Source of the DNA: an uncultured Gammaproteobacteria bacterium
GTDB lineage: Bacteria; Pseudomonadota; Gammaproteobacteria; DSM-19610
Direction of reading: 5' to 3'
NCBI GenBank assembly: GCA_963695455.1
Contig: CAVOGN010000014.1
Span: forward strand, 96,644-160,643
Length of the DNA stretch: 64,000 bases
In this document: one piece after another, positions 50,740-59,789 of the stretch
How positions within the stretch are numbered: the first letter of the stretch is position 1
How the letters are laid out: every line of letters starts with the position of its first letter
Translations under genes and position numbers: made by a program
Notes under the pieces: model-generated
Databases searched by the model: none
Seen by the model: the letters and a program-made list of their open reading frames with translations, nothing else
Told to the model about the DNA's origin: nothing

Positions 50740-51512
50740 GTGCGGGTCATCCTCCTGACCAGAGCAAAGTAAACCGGATAGGGAAGGCAGCGCAGCAGCT
50801 TCAGCAGCCATACGAAACGGCGCGGGAAGGCAATCTCGAATGCGCTGCCGTCGAGCTTTCCGACAATGCGTGCCGCCGCCTGTTCCGCAGTCATCAGGAA
50901 CGGCATGGCAAAACGGTTCTTACGGGTCAGCGGCGTGTCGACAAAGCCGGGGTTGATCACCCGCATGCGCACGCCTGCGCTGGCCAGCTCCGGTTGCAGC
51001 GCTTCGGCGAGATTGATGAGCGCCGCCTTGGTGGCGCTATAAGGTGCGCCGCGCGGCAGCCCCCGGTACCCGGACACGCTGGCTGTCACCAGCAGCTGCC
51101 CGCTGCGACGTCGGCGCAAGCGCGGCAGCAACGCGTCCAGGCAGTGCACCGCCCCCATGTAATTGACTTCTATCAGGCGCCGAAACAATGCCGCGTCGAA
51201 TTGCTCCAGCGACATCGGTTCATAGTCGCCGGCGTTGAGAATCGCCACTTCGATGGGGCCCCACTCCTCCTCTATACGCTCCACCGTCGCGGCGACCGCC
51301 GCACGGTCGGTGACATCCAGCGGATAGCTGCGCACACTTGCCGGGCCCGCGCTGGCGGCGAGTTCATCGAGCCGTGCCACACTGCGCGCGCTGGCGGCCA
51401 CGCGCCAGCCCGCAGCCGTCAGTTGCGGCACCAGACTGCGGCCGATACCGGAGCTGGCCCCGACCAGCCACAGCACTCCGCGCTGTCTTGTGGGAGTGTC
51501 CGTCGCTTTCAT
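50736..51512 (-). CDS. Short-chain dehydrogenase/reductase
   Basis: GASSGIG, LNAG, YSATK, NPGFVDT. Confidence 0.93.
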   Translation of the reverse strand: MKATDTPTRQRGVLWLVGASSGIGRSLVPQLTAAGWRVAASARSVARLDELAASAGPASVRSYPLDVTDRAAVAATVERIEEEWGPIEVAILNAGDYEPMSLEQFDAALFRRLIEVNYMGAVHCLDALLPRLRRRRSGQLLVTASVSGYRGLPRGAPYSATKAALINLAEALQPELASAGVRMRVINPGFVDTPLTRKNRFAMPFLMTAEQAAARIVGKLDGSAFEIAFPRRFVWLLKLLRCLPYPVYFALVRRMTRT

Positions 51513-51568
51513 ACAAGCCTCCGTTAACCAACGTTTTTTCACCTTCCCGGTTGACCCGGTCCGCAGCC

Positions 51569-51609
51569 TGTACAACAGGCTTGCAATATTTGTACAGCTA
51601 TTGTACATT
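51569..51609 (+). promoter_or_regulatory. Sigma70-like promoter overlapped by TGTACA boxes in 11-bp phase
   Basis: TTGCAA (51581)-N17-TACATT (51604); TGTACA at 51569, 51591 and 51602. Confidence 0.6.
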
Positions 51610-51646
51610 TCTGCCTACCAACTGTCTAACTTTTGTCGAGGACAAG

Positions 51647-52975
51647 ATGCGCATAGCGATCATAGGAAGCGGTATCGCCGGCCTCAGTGCCGCCTGGTTA
51701 CTCAACCGCCGGCACCAGGTCACGCTGTATGAGCGCAACGACTATTTCGGTGGCCACACCAACACGCGCACGGTCGAGACCGAGGCAGGCCCGGTGCCGG
51801 TGGACACCGGGTTCATCGTTTTCAACCGCCGCAACTACCCGTTGCTGACCGGCCTGTTCGAGCACCTGGGCGTGCGCACGCAGCCGACCCGCATGTCGTT
51901 TTCGGTGTCGGCCAACGGCGGGCGCTACGAGTACGCCGGCTCCGGCCTGGCAACGCTGTTCGCGCAGCGCAGCAACCTTTTCAACGCGCGGCACTACGGC
52001 ATGCTGGCATCCATACTGCGCTTCAACCGCGACGCCAAACGCCTGCTGCAGGACGCAGCGACGGACCCCGCATCTGTAGACGAATTCATCGCCGCGGGCG
52101 GCTACGGCGAGACGCTCCGCAACCGCTACCTGCTGCCGATGGCGGCGGCCATCTGGTCCTGTCCGGTGGAGACCATGGCGTCGTTCCCGGCCGCCAGCCT
52201 GGCGCGCTTCTTCGCCAACCACGGCCTGCTCGATCTGCGCAACCGCCCGCAGTGGCGCACGGTGTGCGGCGGCAGTCATCAGTACGTGAAGCAGCTGCTG
52301 AAACCGCTGCAGGGCAAAAGCGCCTGCCAGGACCGCGTCCTGGCGGTGCAGCGCAGCGACAGCGGCGTCACCGTGCACGCGCATAGCAGCGGCGCCAGGC
52401 ACTTCGATGCCGCGGTGTTCGCCTGTCATGCCGATCAGGCCCTGCAGCTGCTCGATGCACCCACCGCACGCGAGCACAGTGTCCTGGGCGCCTTCCGCTA
52501 CCAGCCCAACCGGGCGGTACTGCACACCGATGCCGGTCTGATGCCGCGCCGCAAAGCGGTGTGGTCGGCGTGGAACTATCTGACCACCGAGGGTCGCCGG
52601 GGTACCGATGCGGTATCGGTCAGCTACTGGATGAACTGTCTGCAGCGGCTGGAGCAGGCGCCACCGCTGTTCGTGACTCTGAACCCGCTGCGCGAACCGC
52701 GGGCCGCAAGCGTCATTGCGGAAATGGCCTACGACCACCCGGTGTTCGACCGCCAGGCCATGGCCGCGCAGGAGCGGCTCGCCAGCCTGCAGGGCGACAA
52801 CGGCATCTGGTACTGCGGCAGCTACTTCGGCTACGGCTTCCATGAAGACGCGTTGCGCTCGGCCGTTGAGGTGGCGCACCGGCTGGGGGTCGAGGTTCCC
52901 TGGGCGCAAACCACGCCGCCCCTCGCCGATGCCGATGCCAGAGCACAGCCGGCGCCGGCCTGGGCGAGCCGATGA
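51647..52975 (+). CDS. FAD-dependent oxidoreductase (COG2907, UfaD-like)
   Basis: GSGIAG, GGHTNT, VDTGFIVFN, AAIWS, FFANHGLL, GYGFHED. Confidence 0.9.
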   Translation: MRIAIIGSGIAGLSAAWLLNRRHQVTLYERNDYFGGHTNTRTVETEAGPVPVDTGFIVFNRRNYPLLTGLFEHLGVRTQPTRMSFSVSANGGRYEYAGSGLATLFAQRSNLFNARHYGMLASILRFNRDAKRLLQDAATDPASVDEFIAAGGYGETLRNRYLLPMAAAIWSCPVETMASFPAASLARFFANHGLLDLRNRPQWRTVCGGSHQYVKQLLKPLQGKSACQDRVLAVQRSDSGVTVHAHSSGARHFDAAVFACHADQALQLLDAPTAREHSVLGAFRYQPNRAVLHTDAGLMPRRKAVWSAWNYLTTEGRRGTDAVSVSYWMNCLQRLEQAPPLFVTLNPLREPRAASVIAEMAYDHPVFDRQAMAAQERLASLQGDNGIWYCGSYFGYGFHEDALRSAVEVAHRLGVEVPWAQTTPPLADADARAQPAPAWASR

Positions 52976-53763
52976 AACAGCCGCAGCCACACAGCCGCGT
53001 CTATCACGGCCGCGTCATGCACCGGCGGCTGGGGCCGCTAGCCTACCGGTTTGCCTACCCGGTATTCAGTTTCCTGCTGGATATCGACCGGCTGGACGAC
53101 TGCGCGGCGCGCTGCCGGCTGTTTTCGCACAACCGGACCAACCTGTTCGCCTTCCACGACCGCGATCACGGCGCCCGCGACGGCAGCCCGCTGCGCCCCT
53201 GGGTCGAGCGCCAGCTGGCGAGCCAGGGCATCGACCTGGGCGGCGGACAGATACAGCTGCTGTGCTTTCCGCGCCTGTTCGGGTTCACGTTCAACCCGAT
53301 CAGCATCTGGTATTGCCGGCACCGCAGCGGCGCGCTCGCCGCCGTGCTGTGCGAAGTCCATAACACCTTCGGGGAGAGCCACAGCTACCTGCTGCACGAT
53401 GGCGGCCGTCCGCTGCGCGGGCCGGTGCGCGCGGCCCAGCACAAATGCTTTCACGTTTCGCCGTTCATGCCCATGGACCTGCGCTACCGCTTCCGTCTGT
53501 CGCCGCCCGGCGCCGCACTGAGTCTGGCGATACGCTGTTTCCGCAACGAGGTCCTCACCATGACCGCGACCCAGACCGGCAGCGCGCTGCCGTTCAGCGA
53601 CGCGGTGCTGCTGCGCACCCTGGCCCGCACCCCACTGATGACCTTTAAGGTCGTCGCCATGATTCACTGGCAGGCGCTCAAGCTGCTGCTGCGCCGCGCA
53701 CGACTGTTTCGCAAACCTGAACCACCCGCACAGGAGGTCACCCCATGCTCCGCGAGAATGTAG
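52972..53763 (+). CDS. DUF1365 protein (UfaO-like)
   Basis: GRVMHRR, FNPISIWYC, EVHNTFGE, KCFHVSPF, IHWQAL. Confidence 0.92.
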   Translation: MKQPQPHSRVYHGRVMHRRLGPLAYRFAYPVFSFLLDIDRLDDCAARCRLFSHNRTNLFAFHDRDHGARDGSPLRPWVERQLASQGIDLGGGQIQLLCFPRLFGFTFNPISIWYCRHRSGALAAVLCEVHNTFGESHSYLLHDGGRPLRGPVRAAQHKCFHVSPFMPMDLRYRFRLSPPGAALSLAIRCFRNEVLTMTATQTGSALPFSDAVLLRTLARTPLMTFKVVAMIHWQALKLLLRRARLFRKPEPPAQEVTPCSARM

Positions 53764-54980
53764 CCCAACGCACCCAACTGCGCTCCGCCCTGCCGCTTGC
53801 GGCACGCGTGGTGGCGAGCCTGCTCGGGCGTATCAGGACCGGCTCCCTGGAGCTCAGCTTCGAGGGCGGCCAGATGGTGCGCCTGGCGAGGACCGAAGCC
53901 GTCACGGCGCGCATGCATATCCATCGGCCGCAGGCGCTGCTGCGCCGCTGTCTGCTGCGCGGCGCCGTGGGATTTGCCGAGAGCTATGCCGCCGGCGACT
54001 GGGACACCCCGCAGCTGGCGCGTCTGCTTAACCTGCTGGCACGGAACCTCGAGCACCTGAACGGTACCGCGCGGCTGGCACCGGGCCTGTGGCTGGACCG
54101 TATCCGTCATCGCCTGCGCCGCAACAGCCGCCGCGGCAGCCGCCGCAACATCCGCGCCCACTACGACCTCAGCAATGACTTCTACCGCATGTGGCTGGAT
54201 GAATCGATGACCTACTCCAGCGCCCTGTTCGAAGACCCGCTCAGCGCCGCGGCCGATCAGCTGCCGCGGGCGCAACAGCGCAAGTACGAACGTATCCTGG
54301 AACTGACGCAGGCGCGCCCCGGCGAACAGATACTGGAAATCGGCTGCGGCTGGGGCGGTTTTGCCCACAGCGCAGCCGCGCGCGGCGTCAACGTAACCGG
54401 TATCACGCTGTCGCCCGCGCAACTGGCCTGGGCCCGGTCACATAGCGTGAAGACAGCCCTGCCGGGCAGCATCGAGCTGCGGCTGCAGGACTACCGTGAC
54501 GTGCGCGGCCAGTTCGATCACATCGTCTCCATCGAAATGCTGGAGGCGGTGGGCGAAGCGTACTGGCCCGGCTACTTCAACACCCTCGCCACAACGCTCA
54601 AACCCGGCGGGCGCGCCGTCCTGCAGGTGATCGTGATCGATGACGCGCGTCTGGAGCGCTACCGCAAACAGCCGGACTTCATCCAGATGCACGTATTTCC
54701 CGGCGGCATGCTGCCTTCGCGCCAGCGCCTGCAGCAACTCGCCGCTGCAGCCGGTCTCGACTGGGTGGCGGAGCAGCCGTTCGGCCAACATTACGCCAAG
54801 ACCTGCGAGCTCTGGGATCAGAGTGTCACGCGTCACGAGCAGAGCATTCTGGAACTCGGTTTCGACAACCTGTTCCTGCGCCGCTGGCATTACTACCTGC
54901 GCTACTGCCAGGCCGGCTTCGAACTCGGCATGATCGATGTGCTGCACATCGCATTGCAGAGACCCGCCCGTGCGGACTGA
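53745..54980 (+). CDS. Cyclopropane-fatty-acyl-phospholipid synthase family methyltransferase (UfaM-like)
   Basis: NIRAHYDLSN, MTYSSA, LEIGCGWG, QDYRD, SIEMLEAVG, FPGGMLP. Confidence 0.92.
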   Translation: MLRENVAQRTQLRSALPLAARVVASLLGRIRTGSLELSFEGGQMVRLARTEAVTARMHIHRPQALLRRCLLRGAVGFAESYAAGDWDTPQLARLLNLLARNLEHLNGTARLAPGLWLDRIRHRLRRNSRRGSRRNIRAHYDLSNDFYRMWLDESMTYSSALFEDPLSAAADQLPRAQQRKYERILELTQARPGEQILEIGCGWGGFAHSAAARGVNVTGITLSPAQLAWARSHSVKTALPGSIELRLQDYRDVRGQFDHIVSIEMLEAVGEAYWPGYFNTLATTLKPGGRAVLQVIVIDDARLERYRKQPDFIQMHVFPGGMLPSRQRLQQLAAAAGLDWVAEQPFGQHYAKTCELWDQSVTRHEQSILELGFDNLFLRRWHYYLRYCQAGFELGMIDVLHIALQRPARAD

Positions 54981-56364
54981 ACCGGTCACCCGCAGTGCTC
55001 TCCTGGCCTACGGACTGCCCGGGCTGCCGCTGGCACTGCTCAGCCTGCCGCTGGTGATCTACCTGCCGGTCTACTACACCGAGCAGCTGGGCCTGCCACT
55101 GCTGGCGCTGGGCGCTGCGGTGTTCGTCGCCCGCCTGTTCGATATCGTCAGCGACCCGCTGATCGGCCTGTTAAGTGACCGTCTGAAACGCCACGGCGTC
55201 CCGCGGCGGCTGTTCCTGCTGGCCGGAACGCCGCTGCTGGCTTTCGCGATCCAGCAGCTGTTTGTCGCCCCGGACAATGCCGGAATTGCCTATCTGTTCG
55301 TCTGGAACCTGCTGGCCTACCTGGGTTGGACCCTGCTCTACGTACCCTATCTGGCCTGGGGTGCCGAGCTCTCCGATGTCTACCACGTGCGCACCCAGCT
55401 CGCCGGCAGCCGCGAAGGCTTCGCCATTGTCGGCATCTTCGCGGCGATCGCCCTGCCGACGCTGCTCGGCATTGCCGACCAGCCGGAGGCGGTGCTCGCA
55501 GTCAGCGCCCAGGCGGCGTGGGTGCTGCTGCCGGTGACCGTGCTGGTCGCGGCACTGCTGACACCGGAAGCGCGCCACGCGGCGCCGCCCGACAGCCTGC
55601 GCCCGGGGTCCTGGTCGGGGTTGCTGAAAATGCCCAACCTGCAACGTCTGATCGGGGCCTATCTGCTCAGCAGCGCCGCCAACGCCCTGCCCGCCTCGCT
55701 GTTCATTTTCTACGTCAGCCAGGTGCTCCAGGCCGGCGCGTCCACCGGCCTGTTCCTGGCCGTGTACTTCATCACCGGCGTCGCCGCGCTGCCGGTCTGG
55801 GTTGCGGTATCCCGGCGCCTGGGCAAGACGCGGACCTGGATGCTTTCCATGCTGCTCGCCTGCGCGGCGTTCGTGTGGGCACCCTGGCTGCAGGCCGGCG
55901 ACCAGTTTGCCTTTGTTGTCATCTGCCTGGTGACCGGTATCGCACTCGGTGCCGACATGGCCCTGCCGGCCTCGCTGCAGGCAGACCTGGTGGACACCGA
56001 TGCCGCCCTGGCCGGCAGGCGCCGGGCCGGCCTGCTGTTCGGCCTGTGGGGCCTGGCGACCAAACTGGCAGCGGCTATCGGTATCGGACTGGCGTTCCTG
56101 GCGCTGGCGCTGGCGGGCTTCGAACCGGCGGGCGATAACGACGCCGCTACGCTGCGCTGGCTGGCGCTGCTGTATGGTCTGGCGCCGGTACTGCTGAAAC
56201 TCGCTGCCATCGTCCTGATCCGCAACTTCACCGAAACCGCCGGTGCCGACCAGCCAGTTACCGCTGCGGCGCCCGGCACACAGGAGAACGCACATGTTGA
56301 TACGCCGCCTGACGCTCATCGCACTGCTGGCTTCGCTCGCGGCCTGCACCACAATGCGCCCTGA
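54970..56364 (+). CDS. MFS transporter (GPH/MFS_2 family)
   Basis: ARLFDIVSDPLIGLLSDR, PYLAWGAELS, about 12 TM segments. Confidence 0.88.
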   Translation: MRTEPVTRSALLAYGLPGLPLALLSLPLVIYLPVYYTEQLGLPLLALGAAVFVARLFDIVSDPLIGLLSDRLKRHGVPRRLFLLAGTPLLAFAIQQLFVAPDNAGIAYLFVWNLLAYLGWTLLYVPYLAWGAELSDVYHVRTQLAGSREGFAIVGIFAAIALPTLLGIADQPEAVLAVSAQAAWVLLPVTVLVAALLTPEARHAAPPDSLRPGSWSGLLKMPNLQRLIGAYLLSSAANALPASLFIFYVSQVLQAGASTGLFLAVYFITGVAALPVWVAVSRRLGKTRTWMLSMLLACAAFVWAPWLQAGDQFAFVVICLVTGIALGADMALPASLQADLVDTDAALAGRRRAGLLFGLWGLATKLAAAIGIGLAFLALALAGFEPAGDNDAATLRWLALLYGLAPVLLKLAAIVLIRNFTETAGADQPVTAAAPGTQENAHVDTPPDAHRTAGFARGLHHNAP

Positions 56365-56836
56365 AGACTTCGCCGGCAGCACGCCGGATTTCGTTCTGGA
56401 GGATTACTTCCTGGGGAAAACGCGCGCCTGGGGCATGGTGCAGGACCGCTCCGGCCGGCCGACGCGCTATTTCACCGTCGATATCGAGGGCAGCCTGGAA
56501 GACGATGAACTGGTGCTGCGGGAAGACTTCGTATTTCGCGACGGCGAACGCAGTCAGCGTATCTGGCGTATCCGGAAGCTCGACGAACATACCTACCAGG
56601 GCTCGGCGGGCGACGTGGTCGGCACCGCCAGCGGGCGGCGGTTCGGCAATGCGCTGAACTGGCAGTACGACCTGCTGGTGACGGTCAAGGACCGGCAATG
56701 GCAGCTGCACTTCAACGACTGGATGTTCCTGCACGACGACGGCGTGCTGGTAAACCGCGCCGAGATGAGCAAGCTCGGTATCCGGGTCGGCGAGATCGTC
56801 TTGTTCTTCAGCAAGACCGCGGACCATGACGGGTGA
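56294..56836 (+). CDS. DUF3833-family lipoprotein
   Basis: Lipobox LAAC, LEDYFLG, AWGMVQDR, FNDWM, MSKLGIRVGE. Confidence 0.88.
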   Translation: MLIRRLTLIALLASLAACTTMRPEDFAGSTPDFVLEDYFLGKTRAWGMVQDRSGRPTRYFTVDIEGSLEDDELVLREDFVFRDGERSQRIWRIRKLDEHTYQGSAGDVVGTASGRRFGNALNWQYDLLVTVKDRQWQLHFNDWMFLHDDGVLVNRAEMSKLGIRVGEIVLFFSKTADHDG

Positions 56837-57140
56837 CGCTCCCGACCTGGACCGCGTCGACCATGTCGCCGTGCAGGTCACCGATATCGACCGTGCCGTC
56901 GACTGGTACCGGACCCGCTTCAGTATCCAGATACTGTACCGGGATGCATCCTGGGCGCTGCTGCGCTTCGCCAACATCAGGCTGGCACTGGTGACGCCCG
57001 ATCAGCACCCGCCGCACGTCGCTTTGTACAGCGACGCCGCCGAGCGCTTTGGACCACTGGTGCGGCACCGTGATGGCACCCGGTCGGTTTATATCGAGGA
57101 CAGCGAGGGCAACGCCGTTGAAATCATGTCACCCACTTAG
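56826..57140 (+). CDS. VOC/glyoxalase-family protein
   Basis: VDHVAVQVTD, YIEDSEGNAVEI. Confidence 0.88.
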   Translation: MTGDAPDLDRVDHVAVQVTDIDRAVDWYRTRFSIQILYRDASWALLRFANIRLALVTPDQHPPHVALYSDAAERFGPLVRHRDGTRSVYIEDSEGNAVEIMSPT

Positions 57141-57729
57141 ATCATCGACCCGCAACTGGCTGCGCACGGCGCTGGCCGTCTGGCTGCTGGGTGTCGGGGT
57201 ACCGGGGCCGGCGGTATACGCCAGCAACACCGCCTTCGCCGCCCAGCTGCGCGACGCGGACACCAACCTGGTCCGGCTCGGCCAGGGCACGGCGCACTAC
57301 GCCCGCTTTATCCCCGTGTACGACGCGGCGCTGTACATCGACCAGAATGCCGGCTCCGCAGACCCTCTCGACCCCGGTGTAGCCAAACGCCTGGACATCG
57401 TCTACCGCACTTCGATCAAGGCCAGCGACATGATCACCGCCGCCGAACGCATCCTGGCCCGGCAGCACTCCGACGCCACCTTGGCACGTTGGCGCGAGGA
57501 ACTCGACGCACTACACGCAGCCTATCAGGATGTGAACAGCGGCGACCGCTACGCGCTGGTATTCCTGCCCGGCAACGGCCTGTGGCTGGAATTCAACGGC
57601 AAACCGGTCACCCACGTGGCCGCAACCGGGTTCGCGCAACTGTATCTCGGCATCTGGCTCGGCGACCCGCCGCTGTCGGAGCGGTTGAAACAGGCACTGA
57701 TCAATCACACTGGCGACACTGAGCGCTGA
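57118..57729 (+). CDS. Secreted chalcone-isomerase-like protein
   Basis: VYDAALY, YQDVNSGDR, FAQLYLGIWLG. The start codon is uncertain. Confidence 0.8.
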   Translation: MKSCHPLRSSTRNWLRTALAVWLLGVGVPGPAVYASNTAFAAQLRDADTNLVRLGQGTAHYARFIPVYDAALYIDQNAGSADPLDPGVAKRLDIVYRTSIKASDMITAAERILARQHSDATLARWREELDALHAAYQDVNSGDRYALVFLPGNGLWLEFNGKPVTHVAATGFAQLYLGIWLGDPPLSERLKQALINHTGDTER

Positions 57730-57915
57730 AGCCGCACCCGACATCGTCCTTTGCCAGTCCCCGCGCCGAGGCGCACCGGTGGCAGCTCTGGGAGGGACTC
57801 GACCACCGCGACTGCGCAAGTAAACCGCTGCTGCGTACGCGAGGTTGGTCCGCGACCCTAGGCGTAACCCGGCTCGACTGCCGAGCCCGCGTTTTGTGGT
57901 ATCGTTGCAGTCGAG

Positions 57916-59508
57916 GTGGCAACTGACAGTATCCGGGCTAACCGGGAACGAGCAGACAGCTCACCGGACAGGGGCATTATTGCCGGATTCGAAGCAGGCG
58001 CAATCGTGAGCAGCCGACCACAGCATGTTCGCTCATGGCCATCGGGCAGCGCGCTCTCGCACCACCTTTCCGGGCGTCTTGCCGCGCTGACGATACTGCT
58101 GTCGCTGGCAGCCCCGGCCCTCGCGCAACCGCTGGCGCACGGCCATAACGACCCCATCGCCCCCGTCATTCTCGGCGTAACCGGGATTCTGTTCTTCGCC
58201 ATTATCGGGCGCTTCACCGCCCGTAAGCTGTGTCAGCCGTCGGTGCTCGGCGAACTGATCATGGGGGTCGTGCTCGGTAATCTGGCCTATTTGTTCGGCT
58301 TCGATCTGATCCTGGTACTGCGCGAAGGACCGGCAATCTTCGAGCTGGAGAAGCAGGTGATTGGCGGAGACGGCCTGGGCACCGCGGCGTTCGCCACCCT
58401 GGGCGCGGAGGCGGCGCCGCGGATTCTGAGTGTGCTGCAGGGACCGCATGGCAGTGAGATCCTGCAGGTGGCGCACACCGTCGACGTGTTCTCGCGTTAC
58501 GGCGTCATCTTCATGCTGTTTCTGGTCGGACTCGACACCAGCGTGAGCGAGATGCGGCGCGTGGGTGCGGATTCGGCACGCGTGGCCGTCATCGGAGTGG
58601 CGCTGCCGTTCCTGCTCGGCTTCGCGGCTGCCCGGGCTTTTATGCCGGAAGCATCGCTCAACACCGATCTGTTTATCGCCGCCACGCTGGGAGCCACCAG
58701 TGTCGGAATCACCGCCCGGGTGCTGAAAGACCTGCGCCGCGAGCAGTCCACCGAAGCGCACGTCATTCTCGGCGCCGCCATTATGGATGACATACTGGGG
58801 CTGCTGATGCTCGCAATCGTCACCGGCATCATCGTCTCCGGCGGCGTGGACCCGGTCAATGTGGCCAGCATCGTCGTGCTGAGCCTGCTGTTCATCGGTG
58901 GCGTATTGTTTCTGGGCCCCTATTTTCTGCGCGTCGTGATCCGTCTGTTCTGTCAGCTGGATCTGATCGAGGCGAAAATGTTCACCTCCTATCTGTTTGT
59001 GATGATCCTGGCCTGGCTGGCCAATCTGGCGGGACTGGCGACCATTATCGGCGCCTTCACGGCCGGACTGATCCTCAATGACACGTTTTTCGAGCGCTGC
59101 GGAATCTCGCGCGCGGATTACGGTGTCAGCATCAAGAGCCTGATCATGCCGCTGGAAGTCATTCTGGTGCCCATCTTCTTCATCCTCATGGGTATCCAGG
59201 TGAAACTGGAAACCTTTCTTGACCCCCACGTACTGATCATGGCGGGCGGACTCCTGGTTGCCGCGATGGTCGGCAAGCTGGCCTGCGGTCTCGGCGCCAG
59301 CAAGCACACCAACCGCCTGGCCGTAGGCCTCGGCATGATGCCTCGAGGTGAGGTGGGACTGATCTTTGCCGCCATCGGCAAGAGCCTTGGGGTTATCACC
59401 GATGCGCTGTTCTCGGCGGTCGTGCTGATGGTTATCGTGACCACCCTCCTGGCGCCGCCGCTTCTGAAACTGGCACTCGAACGCAGCGGCTCGCAGAGGC
59501 CTGATTGA
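57916..59508 (+). CDS. Cation:proton antiporter (CPA2, NapA-like)
   Basis: QPSVLGEL, LFLVGLD, ATSVGITARVL, AAIMDD, GMMPRGEVG. The true start is probably downstream. Confidence 0.9.
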   Translation: MATDSIRANRERADSSPDRGIIAGFEAGAIVSSRPQHVRSWPSGSALSHHLSGRLAALTILLSLAAPALAQPLAHGHNDPIAPVILGVTGILFFAIIGRFTARKLCQPSVLGELIMGVVLGNLAYLFGFDLILVLREGPAIFELEKQVIGGDGLGTAAFATLGAEAAPRILSVLQGPHGSEILQVAHTVDVFSRYGVIFMLFLVGLDTSVSEMRRVGADSARVAVIGVALPFLLGFAAARAFMPEASLNTDLFIAATLGATSVGITARVLKDLRREQSTEAHVILGAAIMDDILGLLMLAIVTGIIVSGGVDPVNVASIVVLSLLFIGGVLFLGPYFLRVVIRLFCQLDLIEAKMFTSYLFVMILAWLANLAGLATIIGAFTAGLILNDTFFERCGISRADYGVSIKSLIMPLEVILVPIFFILMGIQVKLETFLDPHVLIMAGGLLVAAMVGKLACGLGASKHTNRLAVGLGMMPRGEVGLIFAAIGKSLGVITDALFSAVVLMVIVTTLLAPPLLKLALERSGSQRPD

Positions 59509-59789
59509 CCCAGATCAATACGGTGAACATCGCTTAACACTAGTATCGGAATTGTCTCCTGATAATTGCGTATCGGGATTGCTTTGCTCTGCATTACCAA
59601 GGCAGACATTGCCAAAACCTCATGTCTCTCGGCCGGACGCCGTGAACACCTCCCGGTAGTCTTGACCGCCGCAACCCTGCACCCGGCATGCGCCGACAGG
59701 CAGGGGGCTCTGGCAATGTAGTTCGGTAACTTGTGCTATTAGATTGGGTAGCGGCATTGTTATCGGAGTTGGTTCCGACCGGGGGCGAA

